64,000 nucleotides of DNA, taken from assembly GCA_964016885.1 (NCBI GenBank), contig OZ024742.1, forward strand, positions 160,208,001 to 160,272,000. Reading direction: 5' to 3'. This DNA is from Eledone cirrhosa. Taxonomy: Eukaryota. This document shows positions 41,008-55,223 of this stretch, in pieces (positions within the stretch are counted from its first letter, which is position 1; every line of letters begins with the position of its first letter). The position numbers and the translations under genes are program-made. Below the pieces are notes generated by a model. That model made no database searches and was not told the origin of the DNA. It saw nothing but the letters and a program-made list of their open reading frames with translations.

Positions 41008-41992
41008 ATAAGTATGTACACGTACATACATATATGTATACAGACGTACAGTAGTATGTATATATATATACATACATGCACACATATATATATGTACGTA
41101 TGGATTCACCGAACATTTATTATAATGCTCGGTGTGTTTGTAAACAAACATCCCGTATTAAGCCGTAGTGTCCAGCAACCATCGTTGCTCGTTTGTTCAA
41201 CAGACAAAGGAACGCTGTACTAGTTTCAAGCTTATTAGCTATTATCAGTAACGTATACCTTCTTGCCAGATTGTTGAACGTATATACTTACCTTATGCAC
41301 ATTAACGGCTGAGTAGCCCACTTTGCATATCGAGTGGGTTAATCGGCCTGGTGCACCGAAAACGATAAATGGAAAAAATGAAACGAAATTTCACTTCCCA
41401 CTCTTAGTACGGCTGTTACTTAAATATAAGTATGTACATATGCATGTATGTATATATATATATACATACTACTGTACGTCTGTATACATATATGTATGTA
41501 CGTGTACATACTTATATTTAAGTAGCAGCTGTACTAAGAGTGGAAAGTAAAATTTCGTTTCATTTTTTCCATTTATCGTTTTCGGTGCACCCGCCGATTA
41601 ACCCACTCGATATGCAAATTGGGCTACTCAGCCGTTAATATGCATAAGGTAATTATATACGTTCAACAATCTGGCAAGAAGGTATACGTTGCTGACGATA
41701 GCTAATAAGCTTGAAACTAGTACAGCGTTCCTTTGTCACTGTTGAACAAGCGAGCAACGATGGTTGCTGGACACTACGGCTTAATACGGGATGTTTGTTT
41801 ACAAACACACCGAGCATTATAATAAATGTTCGGTGAATCCATACGTACATATATATATATGTGCATGTATGTATATATATATACATACTACTGTACGTCT
41901 GTATACATATATGTATGTACGTGTACATACTTATATTTAAGTAGCAGCTGTACTAAGAGTGGGAAGTGAAATTTCGTTTCATTTTTTCCATT

Positions 41993-41994
<2 letters not shown>
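41008..41994. mobile_element. Retrozyme-like element: ~1.3 tandem units (~420-bp period, + strand) preceded by an inverted copy
   Basis: Direct repeat ~41441-41575 vs ~41862-41994; 41008-41440 is the reverse complement of the unit; one hammerhead per unit. Confidence 0.8.
41686..41728 (+). ncRNA. Minimal type I hammerhead ribozyme
   Basis: ACGTTG-CTGACGA-T-AGCT-AATA-AGCT-T-GAAA-CTAG-TA^-CAGCGT; inverted copy at 41212-41254(-) has core mutated to CTGATAA. Confidence 0.8.
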
Positions 41995-42057
<63 letters not shown>

Positions 42058-42082
42058 GTATGTGTGTATGTAGGTATATATG

Positions 42083-42116
<34 letters not shown>

Positions 42117-42134
42117 CAGATAGATGGATAGATA

Positions 42135-45100
42135 GAAAGATATGTTTCTTTATTAGCCACAGGGGCACAAAAGAAGGGGACAAATACAAAGTGGAAAGTT
42201 TACATACAATAAAAACGTGTAAAATATTATCACAAATGCAATTTAAAAATTAGTCGATTTTCCCCAATAGGGGGAGACATTACATATGGGTAACACATAC
42301 CCCCGAAAAAAAATGTGCAACCCTCATCTCCAGGAGTACGAAGAGTTTGTACTCCTTTCCTCTACTCCTCTTTTTCCTCAAACTACAGGCTGATATAGAG
42401 AGAAGGCCCATTCACTCGGGCCATCCTCGCCCATTTCACCCACCTTTCATAAAACTTGCTGGGGTACAGCACCTCTCTCTCCATCCTGATTCTTCTTCCA
42501 ATGTGGTATTTGAAAAAAAAAATCAGTTGTTGGCCGGAGAGAAAGGTGTCTGACCTCAGCCCATTCAACCTTGTCCACCATTCAACCTCTTTCAACATAG
42601 CTATCACACAAAGGAAAACCGCCTCTGCTTCGTTTTTGAATCGGGGTGGCGGTTTGACCATGACAATGGAATCGGTGGTCAACCGGATTGGTCCCACCCG
42701 CGACAGTAGTCATTCTACATAGCCCCACAGGTCGGTGATGCCCGGGAAGTGTATGAATACGTGCGCGACGGTTTCTTCGTCTCGCACGCACCTCGGACAG
42801 ATCTTTTTTGCAGGGTCTCTGCCCGGGCGTCCATGTCTGTAGAGCTTGTCTCGAACTGATAGAGCTCCTCGGTAGCACTGCCAGGCCAGAGACTTTTGGA
42901 AGTTGTCCATCGGTCCCGGGCGGAAGGTCCTACCGAACAGACTGGCCAGTTCGTCTTACTCTACGCCTAGAATTTCACCGAGCGCGTCGTCGCACTTGCT
43001 GCGGATCAACACTCTATAGAATGACGAAGTGGAGTCTCCACTGATCGCCGGGTCCGCCTGCCAGAGGGCCGTGAGCGCCTGAGCACATTCGATGTGCCAG
43101 TCGCCAATTTTCCTTGGTCTTTGCTTGACCCAGGACTGCAGCTCGGTCAGCGAGACGAGTCGTGGGAATGCTCGCCTCACGAACGGGGTCCACACCGGTT
43201 GTCTGGTGAGGAATACGTAGAGATGCTGAAGCCTGAGCGCGTGTTTGCGCATCGTCAGCCACGGCATCCCCAACCCTCCGTTGGAAGGGTATTGGCAGCA
43301 GATAGATCTTCTCACCAAAGGAGCCCGACTCTTCCAAAGGAATTGGAAGAGCGCGCACTCCATTTTGGTGAGCGTTTTGGCTGGACAAGGCATGACGGTC
43401 AAGTAGTAGTAGATGGCGGACGCTATAAAAGTGTTCGCCACCTCCGCTCGACCTTTCAAGGATAGTTTGCACTCGGCCCACTTCTGGGTGAGTGCAAACA
43501 CCTTGGCCGTCACCTCGTTCCAGTTCTTCTCCACCTGGAGGTCCAGACCAAACCAGACCCCGAGCAGCTTTACCGGTCCTTCCGTCCAGCGTCCGACGAC
43601 ACCATCGAAAGGCATCGATTTGTCTCTCCACGATCCGAGTTGCAAACCGATGGACTTATCCCGGTTCAGCTTCGTTCCTGTTAACCTTTCGTATTCCTTC
43701 AGTAAGGTGCCGACTTCGTCGATTTGCGAGGCGCTCGACACCAATACTGTTTCATCGTCGGCGTAGGCCGACGCCGCTTTCCGCAGTCCCGGTTCCAGAG
43801 GGTTGCCCTGCAATAGCTCCAACTTCCGCAGTAGTGGCTCGAGAGTCAGTACGTACAGAAGGGAGGAGAGAGGGCATCCCTGTCGAATGGATCGCGTGAT
43901 ATGGAACGGCTCCGAGAGGTAGCCGTGTTCACCTTGACCCTTGAGCAGATGTTACTGTTGTGCATTGCAGCAATCCAACCCCTGAACACGGGTCCGTAGC
44001 TTGCCGCCTCGAGCACCGCATCCAGGTAACGATGGTCAACCCTATCGAAAGCCTTAGACTGATCCAAGTTGATCAGGGCCCACCGAAGCCGGGTTTACAC
44101 CCTACCCTCTCTATGATGTATCGCATGAGGTGGAGGTTGTCGTGTATGGACCTGGTCGGGATTGCGCATGTCTGCCCTTCTCCCACCAGGTTCTCGACGA
44201 CAAGCGCCAGCTTCTTTGCCAACACCTTGGCCAAAATCTATAACTCTGTGTTTAGCAGAGTTATGGGCCGGAAGTTGTCTATGTCATCCCCCTTATTCTC
44301 GTCCTTCCTGACTAGTGTGACTACGCCCCCGGTCACAGAACTGGGAATTCTCTCGTTCTGTTGCCAGTTGCAGTAGACCGCTTCCAGGAGACCGGAGAAT
44401 AAGTCCGGCATTGCTACGTAAAATTTGTAGGGTAGACCATGGAGACCTGGAAATTTGCGTTTGCCGCATTGGCTCAGTGCGTCCGGCCGAAATCGGCTTT
44501 TCGCAGAACTTTGCCTCGCTGTCCGAACAGTTGAGCAAAGTACCGCTGAAAGGCCGCACACATCTGCTTCGGCTCACGTATCACGCGTCCGTTTTGGTCC
44601 TTCAAATTCCGAATCGTGGACTTGTTGCCACTTTTTGCCTCCATCACTCGGTCCCAGCTAACAGCTTTGGCTCCCTCGTTTCCCAGAGCACGTATTTTGC
44701 TTTTGACAATGCAGCACTCGTACTTTGCGTCGAAGAACTGGTCCAAGGCCGTTCTCTTTGCTAGCACGCTGGCAACATTGCCACTTCTAATTGCCTCTTC
44801 TACTTTATCTACCAGTTCCTTCTCGGTTCTATTTCTATCTAATGCTAATTCTTTACTAAAAACTAACGAGTCTAATATAACTGCCCTCTTGATAGAGTAC
44901 CACCATCTGTTGTTGACAATGGCCCCTGCAATTTCTGGTTAACTAAAGTGCTAATCCGTCTACTGTAGGATTTGCATGTCGGAAACGACAAGTTCAACTT
45001 CCAGTAGCCGGGTCCTTGTCTATGGGTTCTACCATGCAGGTCACTAGTTTGTAATCTGAATAGGCAACCATGAACATTTGTGGACAGCTTAACATGTCCC

Positions 45101-46624
45101 TATCCCTATTTCTAACTAGAACCCTATCTAGGTACGATCTAGATGTTCCGCTGTTATTAGTCCACGTCCACAGTGGCACAGTCGGAAAATCTAGTCGATA
45201 TCTATCGGCCAGGTCAAATCAGCCGATTAACTGTTTGAGGCTGTTACACCCCCACCCCTTTATCGGGACATGCTCCCACATAGTCCCAACGTGCATCTAG
45301 GATTCCGTTCCAGTCCCCCACTAAAAGCAAGGAGCGGGACGTTCCCAGAAAAGTCTCTAGACATTTGAAGAAGTCTGGCCGCGGTGTCCCGGATGGGGCA
45401 TATGTGGCCACCAGCCTGAAGGCCCAACCTTCACTACTGTCAACGTCTAGGACCACCAGTCGACCCTCCGGGTACAGATGTACCGTCTGTGTTACGAGGC
45501 CCAGGTGTTACCGCAGCAAAATGGCAACCCCGCCCCACCCCCCGGCCGACAGAATGATGCGTAGATCTCAAAGTCATCGAAGATGGGGGCCAGTTGTCGC
45601 TCGCTGTGGATCCTGGACTCGCAATTGGCTACTACATCCATACTGGGCGACCTGAGGTCGTTTAAGAATTTGCCCTGTTTCCAGGGCATCCCCAGGCCGC
45701 GTACATTCACACATCCAACTCTTATATTGGCCATGTTGGTTCTAAAAAGTTAAAAGAAGAGAAGAAAACACTCACCTCTTCGTCTCCCGGGGATCAGGCC
45801 GCACGGTTTCCATGGGGGTGTTAGAGTGGCTGTCTGGGTGAGTGATGGTTTCTGGCGGGGTGGGGACGGGGATGTTTGGTGGGGTGGGGGTGTCTGGGGT
45901 GAGGGTGGGGAAACCTTTTAAAAGGTCGCGGTTAATGGGTTTAACACAAGGATTACCTACGTCCTTAGGAAAGTTTTCCTTTAAAGACTTATAGGTGTCC
46001 GTAGGGACCCTAATCATCTTTAAATTAGGTTTGTCTACACAGTTCGAAAAAGTTTTCCCTTCGGTTTTCAACGAAGGGTCGTTGGAGATGACCTCCATTG
46101 AAGTTTTGTTTTTACTGTTTATGTATGTGTAATGTTCTTGTTGTGTTGCGGTGGTTTTTGTCTGTTGTTCTTGTGGGAGCTTTCGTTTTGTTGTAGGTGT
46201 TTGTGTTTGGAGTGATGTCGTGGTTTTGTTTTCGGGACGGGGGGGTTTTGTTTGTAATGTTTGTGTTGTTTGTGTTGGTGGTTGTATGTTTGTAGTGATG
46301 TTTGTTGTTTTTTTGTTCTTGAGGTGTCTTTTCTTCTTTCTTTTCGAACGGAGAGGCTCTCCCTCATCATCACTTGGTGATGATGTGGGGACCTCGTCCG
46401 TTGTGGTGTCTGTGTTATTTGGAAGGGGTATGTTTTGGGGAGCTGTTTTGTTTGTGGGTGTTTTTGCAGTGGTTTTAGGTGGAGTGGGGTTGGGTGGGAC
46501 TGTGATTGCAGGTTGGTTTGTTGTTCTTGTTTTGGTTGTGTTTGCGTGTTGTTGTTGTTGTTGTGGTGGTGGTGGTGGTTGTGTTGTTGTTTTGGGTGTT
46601 GGCAGTAGTGTCTCTTTTTTTTTG
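42135..46624 (-). mobile_element. Tx1/L1-clade LINE, 5'-truncated and frameshifted (ORF1 remnant, ORF2, 3' UTR)
   Basis: APE motifs, RT motifs and C-terminal zinc motif on the minus strand; 3' end AATAAAGAAA followed by (TATC)n. Confidence 0.92.
42383..45734 (-). pseudogene. LINE ORF2 (AP endonuclease, reverse transcriptase, zinc-binding tail), disrupted
   Basis: MANIRVGCVNVRGL, VATYAPS, VGDWN, SYLDRVLV, NFRPITLLNTE, DQSKAFDRVDH, AYADD, KLLGVWF, GGLGMP, CPRC..DEETVAH split across frames. Confidence 0.92.
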
Positions 46625-46647
46625 TAGATAGATAATTAGATAGATAG

Positions 46648-47609
46648 ATTTCTTTATTTGCCACAGGGGCACAAAAGATGGGGACAAATACAAATACAAA
46701 GTGGGGAGTTTACATACAACCGTATAAAAACAGAACTAATAAATAAATAACAAATAACAATTGAAATCCCCAATAGAGGGGAGGCGTTACACATTGGTTG
46801 TACACACCGCCGAAAAAATGTACAACCCTCATCTCCAGGAGCACGAAGAGCGAGCGCTCCTTTCCTCTCTTCCTCTTTTTCCTCAACCTACAGGTTTATA
46901 TAGAGAGAAGGCCCAACCACTCGGGCCATTCTTGCCACATTCACCCACCTTTTATAAAATTTACTGGGTGCAGCACCTCTCTCTCCACTCTGATTCTTCT
47001 TCTAAAGTGATATTTGAAGAAGCGAACCAGTTGTTGGCCGGAGAGAAAGGTGTCTGACCTCAGCCCTTTCAGTCTCGTCCACCATATAACCTCTTTCACC
47101 ATAGCCATTACACAGAGGAAAACCGCCTCTCCTTCATTTTTGAAGGAGGGTGGCTGTTTGATCGTAATAATGGACTCGGTGGTCAACCGGATTTGTCCCA
47201 CCCGCGACAGTAGCCGTTCTGCGTAGCTCCACAGGTCGGTAACGTCCGGGCAGTATTCGAATGCGTGCGCGACGATTTCCTCGTCTCGCACGCATCTCGG
47301 ACAGATCTTTTTAGAGGGATCCCTGTCCGGGCGTCCGTGTCTGTAGAGCTTGTCTCGAACGGGTAGAGCTCCTCGGTAGCACTGCCAGGCCAGAGACTTT
47401 TGGAAGTTGTCCATCGGTCCCGGGCGGAATGTCCTACCGAAGAGACTGGCCAGTTCGTTTTCCTCTACGCCTAGAGTTTCCCCGAGAGTGTCGTCGCACT
47501 TGCTGCGAACCAACTCTCTATATAATGACGAGGTGGACTCTCCACTGATCGCCGGGTCCGCTTGCCAGAGGACTGTGAGCGCCTGAGCACATTCGATGTG
47601 CCAGTCAGA
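46648..47609 (-). mobile_element. Second, 5'-truncated copy of the Tx1/L1-clade LINE
   Basis: Homologous to ~42135-43105; flanked by TAGATAGATA(A/G)TTAGATAGATAG at 46625-46647 and 47610-47632 (23-bp target-site duplication, 1 mismatch). Confidence 0.92.
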
Positions 47610-48270
47610 TAGATAGATAGTTAGATAGATAGTGCTCATGGAGACGGGAAAAATGGGACAGAGGCGCGGCGTTTGATTCATCGAAGGCGCTCTGTCCATT
47701 TCCTCCGTCTCCATACTCGATGTACTCCACTTCACTCGATGTTCTCAATTATTATTTACAGTGATAAACAACCCTTATTGTCATTGATGTGGTACGTGGA
47801 CATGTTAAATTACATATATACCTTTTATTACACTATTTTTATTATAACGTATTGCCATTTTTAAAAATGTAAATATAGGTCAAGAATCCTTTATCTGAAA
47901 TTTCAATATGTGAGATTCTCTAATATCTGAAATATTTTATCTTCCTCATAACTTATGTAGATATATTTTTCGGTGCTGTATTTTTATAAATTTGCCAGCA
48001 GTGATCAAGTTTCATTTGGTACATATACAGTAAATACAAATATATAATTAAGTAAATAAGTAATTTTTAAAAATATGTGAGATCTAAATTTCATCATGTA
48101 AAAATCGATGTGAGTGTCACACGACTACCATTATTAAGAGTGGCTGAGGTATATTCTGTTACTATCCTTAAAATACCGAAAACTCGAATTTCCTTTGATA
48201 TCTGTGATATCCTTGAACTTTGACGCTTAGAAAGGATGACTGAAGATCGGACATTTTTTTATACAAAATT

Positions 48271-49609
48271 TCCTGGCACCTCTCCCAGGTCCTCAAGCCT
48301 CTACTCTCCACCTTTCCCGGGCATATCAGTAGCTCCGACGAAGTTATACGTAGACTACACCAACTCCAGCTAGAACAACTTAAACTAAATAGATACGCCT
48401 TTAGCCTCGACGTTGTCTCCCTCTACACTACAGTCCCCGCTCATCCAGCTGTCTATTTATTGACGGACTGCGTGGTCGCAGAGAACATCCACTGCTACGG
48501 CCTCCATCCGACGGACACACACCAGCTTTTGTCCTTCACAGTAGACAACACGTACTTCACCTTCCACCACCACACATACAGACAGACAACAGGATTACCC
48601 ATGGGATCCAGCCTATCGGGCCTGCTGGCCATCACCTATATGAACCAGCTAGAATGCCGAGCCCTCAACACCTGTCATTCCCATACCTTCTTCACCCGAT
48701 ATATAGATGATATACTCATCCTTACATCATCCCGTGAGGAGGCAGATAAAATATACTCAACATTCTCCAGCATGGACGCCAGTATAAAGTTCAGCATGGA
48801 ACACCCCGACGACCGCGGATCCCTATCCCTACTGGACTTCCAACTCAGGGTAACAGAGGAAGGCAACATCCACACCTGCTTCTATAAAAAAAGCCGCCAG
48901 CAGGGACCTGTTCGTACATTTCAGATCGGCCCTCCCAGCCGGTGCTAAGTTCGGATACATAAGGAACGAACTAACACGTATCCGGAACAAATGCACCGAC
49001 GCTAGAGACCGAGACAAACACACCACACATTTCCTGGAAGTACCCAAACTGAACGGATACATGACATCCACCACAAACCGTGCCAGAAAGAACAGAGGAC
49101 ACCACACCCGAGGCACTAACACTTGCTTCCTGAATCTCCCACACTTCAGTGGCGAAACAACAACAGCGATCCGCAGAGCTATCAGACGAGAGGGACTAGA
49201 TATCCAACTGGCCCACTCAGGTCCTTCTTTACGCGGACAGCTAACCAAAAGACACTCCACCAGACATGACAACTGCTGCAGGCTAGCCAACTGCCCCATC
49301 AACGACACAGATCTATGCCACCAGGCTTACGTCGTATACAGACTAGAGTGTGACAAATATAGCAACTTCTACGTAGGTAACACCCCCATACCACTCCACA
49401 TAAGAATAAAAGAACACCTCAATACTAACGCTTCCTCATTTAAGAAACACCTAGTGAAATGCAAAAACGCCGACAAAACCATAACAGTTAGGATAGAAAC
49501 TAAGGAAAGAAACCTCGGCAATCTTAGAATTAAGGAAGCACTAATTATAGACAAAACACAACCACCATTCAATAATAGACTAGAACTCAACACCCAATGT
49601 ATAACTTGA
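48271..49609 (+). pseudogene. Penelope-like element ORF (RT plus GIY-YIG endonuclease), 5'-truncated, frameshifted
   Basis: FSLDVVSLYTTVP, YRQTTGLPMGSSLSGLLA, RYIDDIL, LSLLDF, then VVYRLEC..FYVGNT..LHIRIKEH..LRIKEALII..N (GIY-YIG). Confidence 0.92.
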
Positions 49610-49683
49610 TAGAACTTCTAGCCCCATATTTACCCCCCCCCCACATAAACACGCACACACACACATACGCACACACACACACG

Positions 49684-49721
<38 letters not shown>

Positions 49722-50036
49722 TACACCTCCACTTATTCTCTCTCACACACACACATACACACAGAAAGACCAGTTCTAACACGAGATAACATCTATCCCC
49801 CACATTTACGTATAGACATATCTTCTCACACTCACACACTCACATACTTACACCTTCATGCATTCTCCCACACACTTAAACAGGCAAGTACAAAAAAAAA
49901 CCTTTTAAAGGGAGACTACTCGTTATCCACCTAACCTTAACTCTTTGACATTAGAGATAGAACAGATACTCTATACCATTTCCTGTCAGCATGACTTGGC
50001 AAGCTATTTAGAACACTGGTTTAACCGTTTTATTTC

Positions 50037-50071
50037 CCTCCGAAGAAGAGATATTATCTCGAAAATTAAGG
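50037..50071 (+). ncRNA. Degenerate hammerhead in the 3' terminal repeat of the Penelope-like element
   Basis: CCT-CCGAAGA-A-GAGAT-ATT-ATCTC-GAAA-AT-TA-AGG; U4 changed to C and stem III shortened. Confidence 0.45.
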
Positions 50072-50235
50072 ACATTTAAATAAATCTAAGGTAAAAGACT
50101 AATTGTCAACAATATCTTTTGCATTTGCATTCTTTATTCTATGTCCATACCTGCATTTTTTTGGCTTTATTGTACATATACAAACGTTTATACCTCATTA
50201 CACAATGCTTCAAGTGAACTATAACCTCCTCAATA

Positions 50236-50322
<87 letters not shown>

Positions 50323-50419
50323 ATATATATATATATATATTTATGTATATATATATATATATATATATTTGTATATATATATATATACATATATATATAT
50401 GTATGTATATATATATATG

Positions 50420-50462
<43 letters not shown>

Positions 50463-50620
50463 ATATATATATATATGTATGTATGTATATATATATATAT
50501 ATATATGTATGTAGATATATATATATATATATACGTATGTATATATATATATATGTATGTATATATATATATATGTATGTATATATATATATGTATGCAT
50601 GTATATATATATATATATAT

Positions 50621-51192
50621 ATAATAACTAGAAATTGATTAACATATAAATAAACATGAATAATCACAGGAGATAATTTTTACAAGTGTGTAAGCACACA
50701 TAGCTAGGTAGGTAACTAAATAAAGTTGACCAGAACTTCAAAAATAGATACCTTATAATATGATCAATCTTCCCTGTATATATTCCATTAAAGAAATGAA
50801 TGGATTCGACTGCTGTTTCTAGTTGTCGATAACCCTATTCACGCCACTGGGACGAAGCTAGTATGATGTGTGTATTTCTACTAAATATAGCACGTGTTAC
50901 AGGCCAGTCGCTGATTTGAACTTGAAGTGTAAACATGGATCGCTGGAACTTCTTCCTTGTTGAAAATCCAAATCTCCACTTCCGTGGTTTACCATCCGAT
51001 TAATTGGTGAAATATATTTCTTTAATGGAATATATACAGGGAAGATTAATCATATTATAAGGTATCTATTTTTGAAGTTCTGGTTAACTTTATTTAGTTA
51101 CCTACCTAGCTATGTGTGTTTACACACTTGTAAAAATTATCTCCTGTGATTATTCATGTTTATTTATATGTTAATCAATTTCTAGTTATTAT
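50621..51192. repeat. Long inverted repeat (177-bp arms, 50621-50797 and 51016-51192)
   Basis: Arms are near-perfect reverse complements; spacer has GAAA-CAGCAG-TC-GAATCC on the minus strand (~50805-50821). Confidence 0.9.
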
Positions 51193-51315
51193 AAAATGCT
51201 CGGACCTACTCGTTAGAATCATAGAGCTTATTTTGCGGGTGATATGGCGCATGTCTTTCTGGCATGACACCCATAATTTTGATTTAGATTAAATTCATTT
51301 GATTTATCTTAATTT

Positions 51316-51392
<77 letters not shown>

Positions 51393-51463
51393 ATGTATAT
51401 ATATATGTATATATATATATATATGTATGTATATATATATATATATGTATATATATATGTATG

Positions 51464-51495
<32 letters not shown>

Positions 51496-51658
51496 AGTAT
51501 GTATATATATATATATGTATGTATTTATATGTATGTATAGATATATATATATATGTATATATGTATGTATGTATATATATATATGTATGTATATATATAT
51601 ATATATATACATACATATATATATACATATATATATATATATACATACATATATATAT

Positions 51659-51702
<44 letters not shown>

Positions 51703-51758
51703 CGTTTCTGAATTTGATTAGCAAGATTCTTTATCTGAAATCGTGTGTTGAAACCGAT

Positions 51759-52442
51759 ATTGTTATACTTTGGGAGGGTCATGTTGCCAAAAAGAAACAC
51801 ACGCACCAGTTGCTTTCACTTCAATTTATTATATATTTATAGATTTAAAAATTTATAAATTTCTGGCTGGTTGGTTGGTTCCACAACCAGATAGTTGTTT
51901 ATATATAGCCATAGTTCTGTCGTCACACACTCTGTGACCTCTTCAGAAAAGACGCAATGTTTAGACAAATTACAGAGGCAATAAACATAAAAGAATTACA
52001 ACCAAAATTAAATAGAAAATATGAGTGGAACAGCAACATCACAACTTACAATTAAGGACAAAATGAAAACACACACACACATAGAACAAACAACCAACCA
52101 GTAACATGTAAATAAACAAATAGATAAATGAACATAAACACACACGGACACCCGGATGTGGCGCATGCGCAGACTGAGCACACAACACACACACAGAAAC
52201 AAAATGGCGTAGGACAGAACAAAGGAGAGGCGCAGAAACAAAGAAAGGAATCCCCAGTCACTGAAGAGGTCACAGTGTGTGACGAAAGAACTATGACTAT
52301 ATATAAACAACTATCTGGTTGTGGGACCAACCAATCAGAAATTTATAAATTTATAAATTTATAAATATATAATAAATTGAAGTGAAAGCAACTGGTGCGT
52401 GTGTTTCTTATTGGCAACATGACCCTCCCAAAGTATAACAAT
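51759..52442. repeat. Long inverted repeat (51759-51946 and 52261-52442), Penelope terminal-repeat-like
   Basis: Arms are reverse complements; right arm begins at a hammerhead CTGAAGA. Confidence 0.9.
52256..52298 (+). ncRNA. Minimal type I hammerhead ribozyme
   Basis: AGTCA-CTGAAGA-G-GTCACA-GTG-TGTGAC-GAAA-GAAC-TA^-TGACT. Confidence 0.75.
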
Positions 52443-52455
52443 AAATATATATATG

Positions 52456-52486
<31 letters not shown>

Positions 52487-52501
52487 ATATATATGTATAT
52501 A

Positions 52502-52600
<99 letters not shown>

Positions 52601-52605
52601 GTATG

Positions 52606-53411
<806 letters not shown>

Positions 53412-53743
53412 TTGTTATATACATCTATATATTACTAAATGTCTGTGATTGCTTGCTTGCTTGTCTGTAACGTAATACAGCCAAAAGGGCGCATAATGGG
53501 AAAATACTTTGAAAGGAAGTTGCCCATAAAATGGGAATACAAATGGAATAAAACAAGTTTCGCGTAAATCGGACCATGGGAGCTCGAAATATGGGGTTTT
53601 TCCGGGTACCTTCATAAACAAAGAGAGAGAAAGAGAGAGAGGGGAAGAGATAGTGGTTGTGAGAGAGTAGATTGAAAGAGAGACATAGAGAGAGGGAGAG
53701 AAGTCAGAGAAGGATAATGGAAGTGTGCTGGTGGCGGTGTTGT

Positions 53744-53840
<97 letters not shown>

Positions 53841-54157
53841 ATATATATATGTGTGTGTGTGTCTATGACTAGTGCATATAGATCACAGACACCCACCATA
53901 TACACAAACACACATACACACACATTTGTACACACATACACATTTATATATACACATACACACACGTATATATATGGGCCTTCTAGCTTCATTTCACATT
54001 ATATACATGTCTGTGTATATTTCAATTATTCAAAAATTATTTTTAAGTGAACATGATTTTAAAAAAAATATTTTGAAGTGAATGTGAAGATCCGGGTGGT
54101 CTAGTATATATAAATAAATATATATATGTTAGTTACTAATTCTCTCTCTATATATAT

Positions 54158-54492
<335 letters not shown>

Positions 54493-54722
54493 AGTTACTA
54501 ATTCAATATATATATATATGTATATGTTAGTTACTAACTCTATATATATATATATATATATATTGAATTAGTAATTAACATATTTTTTTACTATAATAAA
54601 TAGTTCGCTAGTAGCAGCATATAAACCCCTAGAACGAAAAAGTGGCCATCAACATCCTTATCGCACATATAAAGGGTGAGGGTTGTTTTCCATTCTTGCT
54701 GACGCTCTGTTATTATTAAATC

Positions 54723-55078
54723 ATTGGCAGTATCGGTAGACGGTCGGACGCCATGCTTTGACGCATAGAGTTTCGGCCCTTGCCATTCTGAGTTAAAATT
54801 CCGCCAAGGTTAACTTTGCCTTTCATCCTTACGGGGTTGATAAAATAAAGTACCAGTAACGTACTGGGTAATTGCTGGCCTTGTACCAAAAGTAGAAACA
54901 ATTATTAAATCATTTTCAATCGGGCAGTGGATTGGCAGTATCGGTAGAGAGTCGGTCTGAGTTCAAATCCCGTCGACGTTGACTTTGCCATTCATCCTTA
55001 CTGGGTCGATAAAATAAAGTACCAGTCATGTACTGAGTAATTGCTGGCCTTGTGCCAAATGTAGAAACAATTATTAAA
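54723..55078 (+). mobile_element. Two tandem SINE family A copies
   Basis: ATTGGCAGTATCGGTAGA...GCCTTTCATCCTTAC...TAGAAACAATTATTAAATCATTTTC twice. Confidence 0.88.
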
Positions 55079-55166
55079 TCATTTTCTGTAGTAAAAAGAT
55101 ACGTCGAAGGTACTAATTCAATCTAATTTTTAAATTCCACCTGCCGTCTTGTAATCACGTGATTCT

Positions 55167-55223
<57 letters not shown>

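Noticed and set aside
47875-48245. Possible old Tigger-like MITE
   Set aside because: Only a vague left-end resemblance and no matching right terminus.
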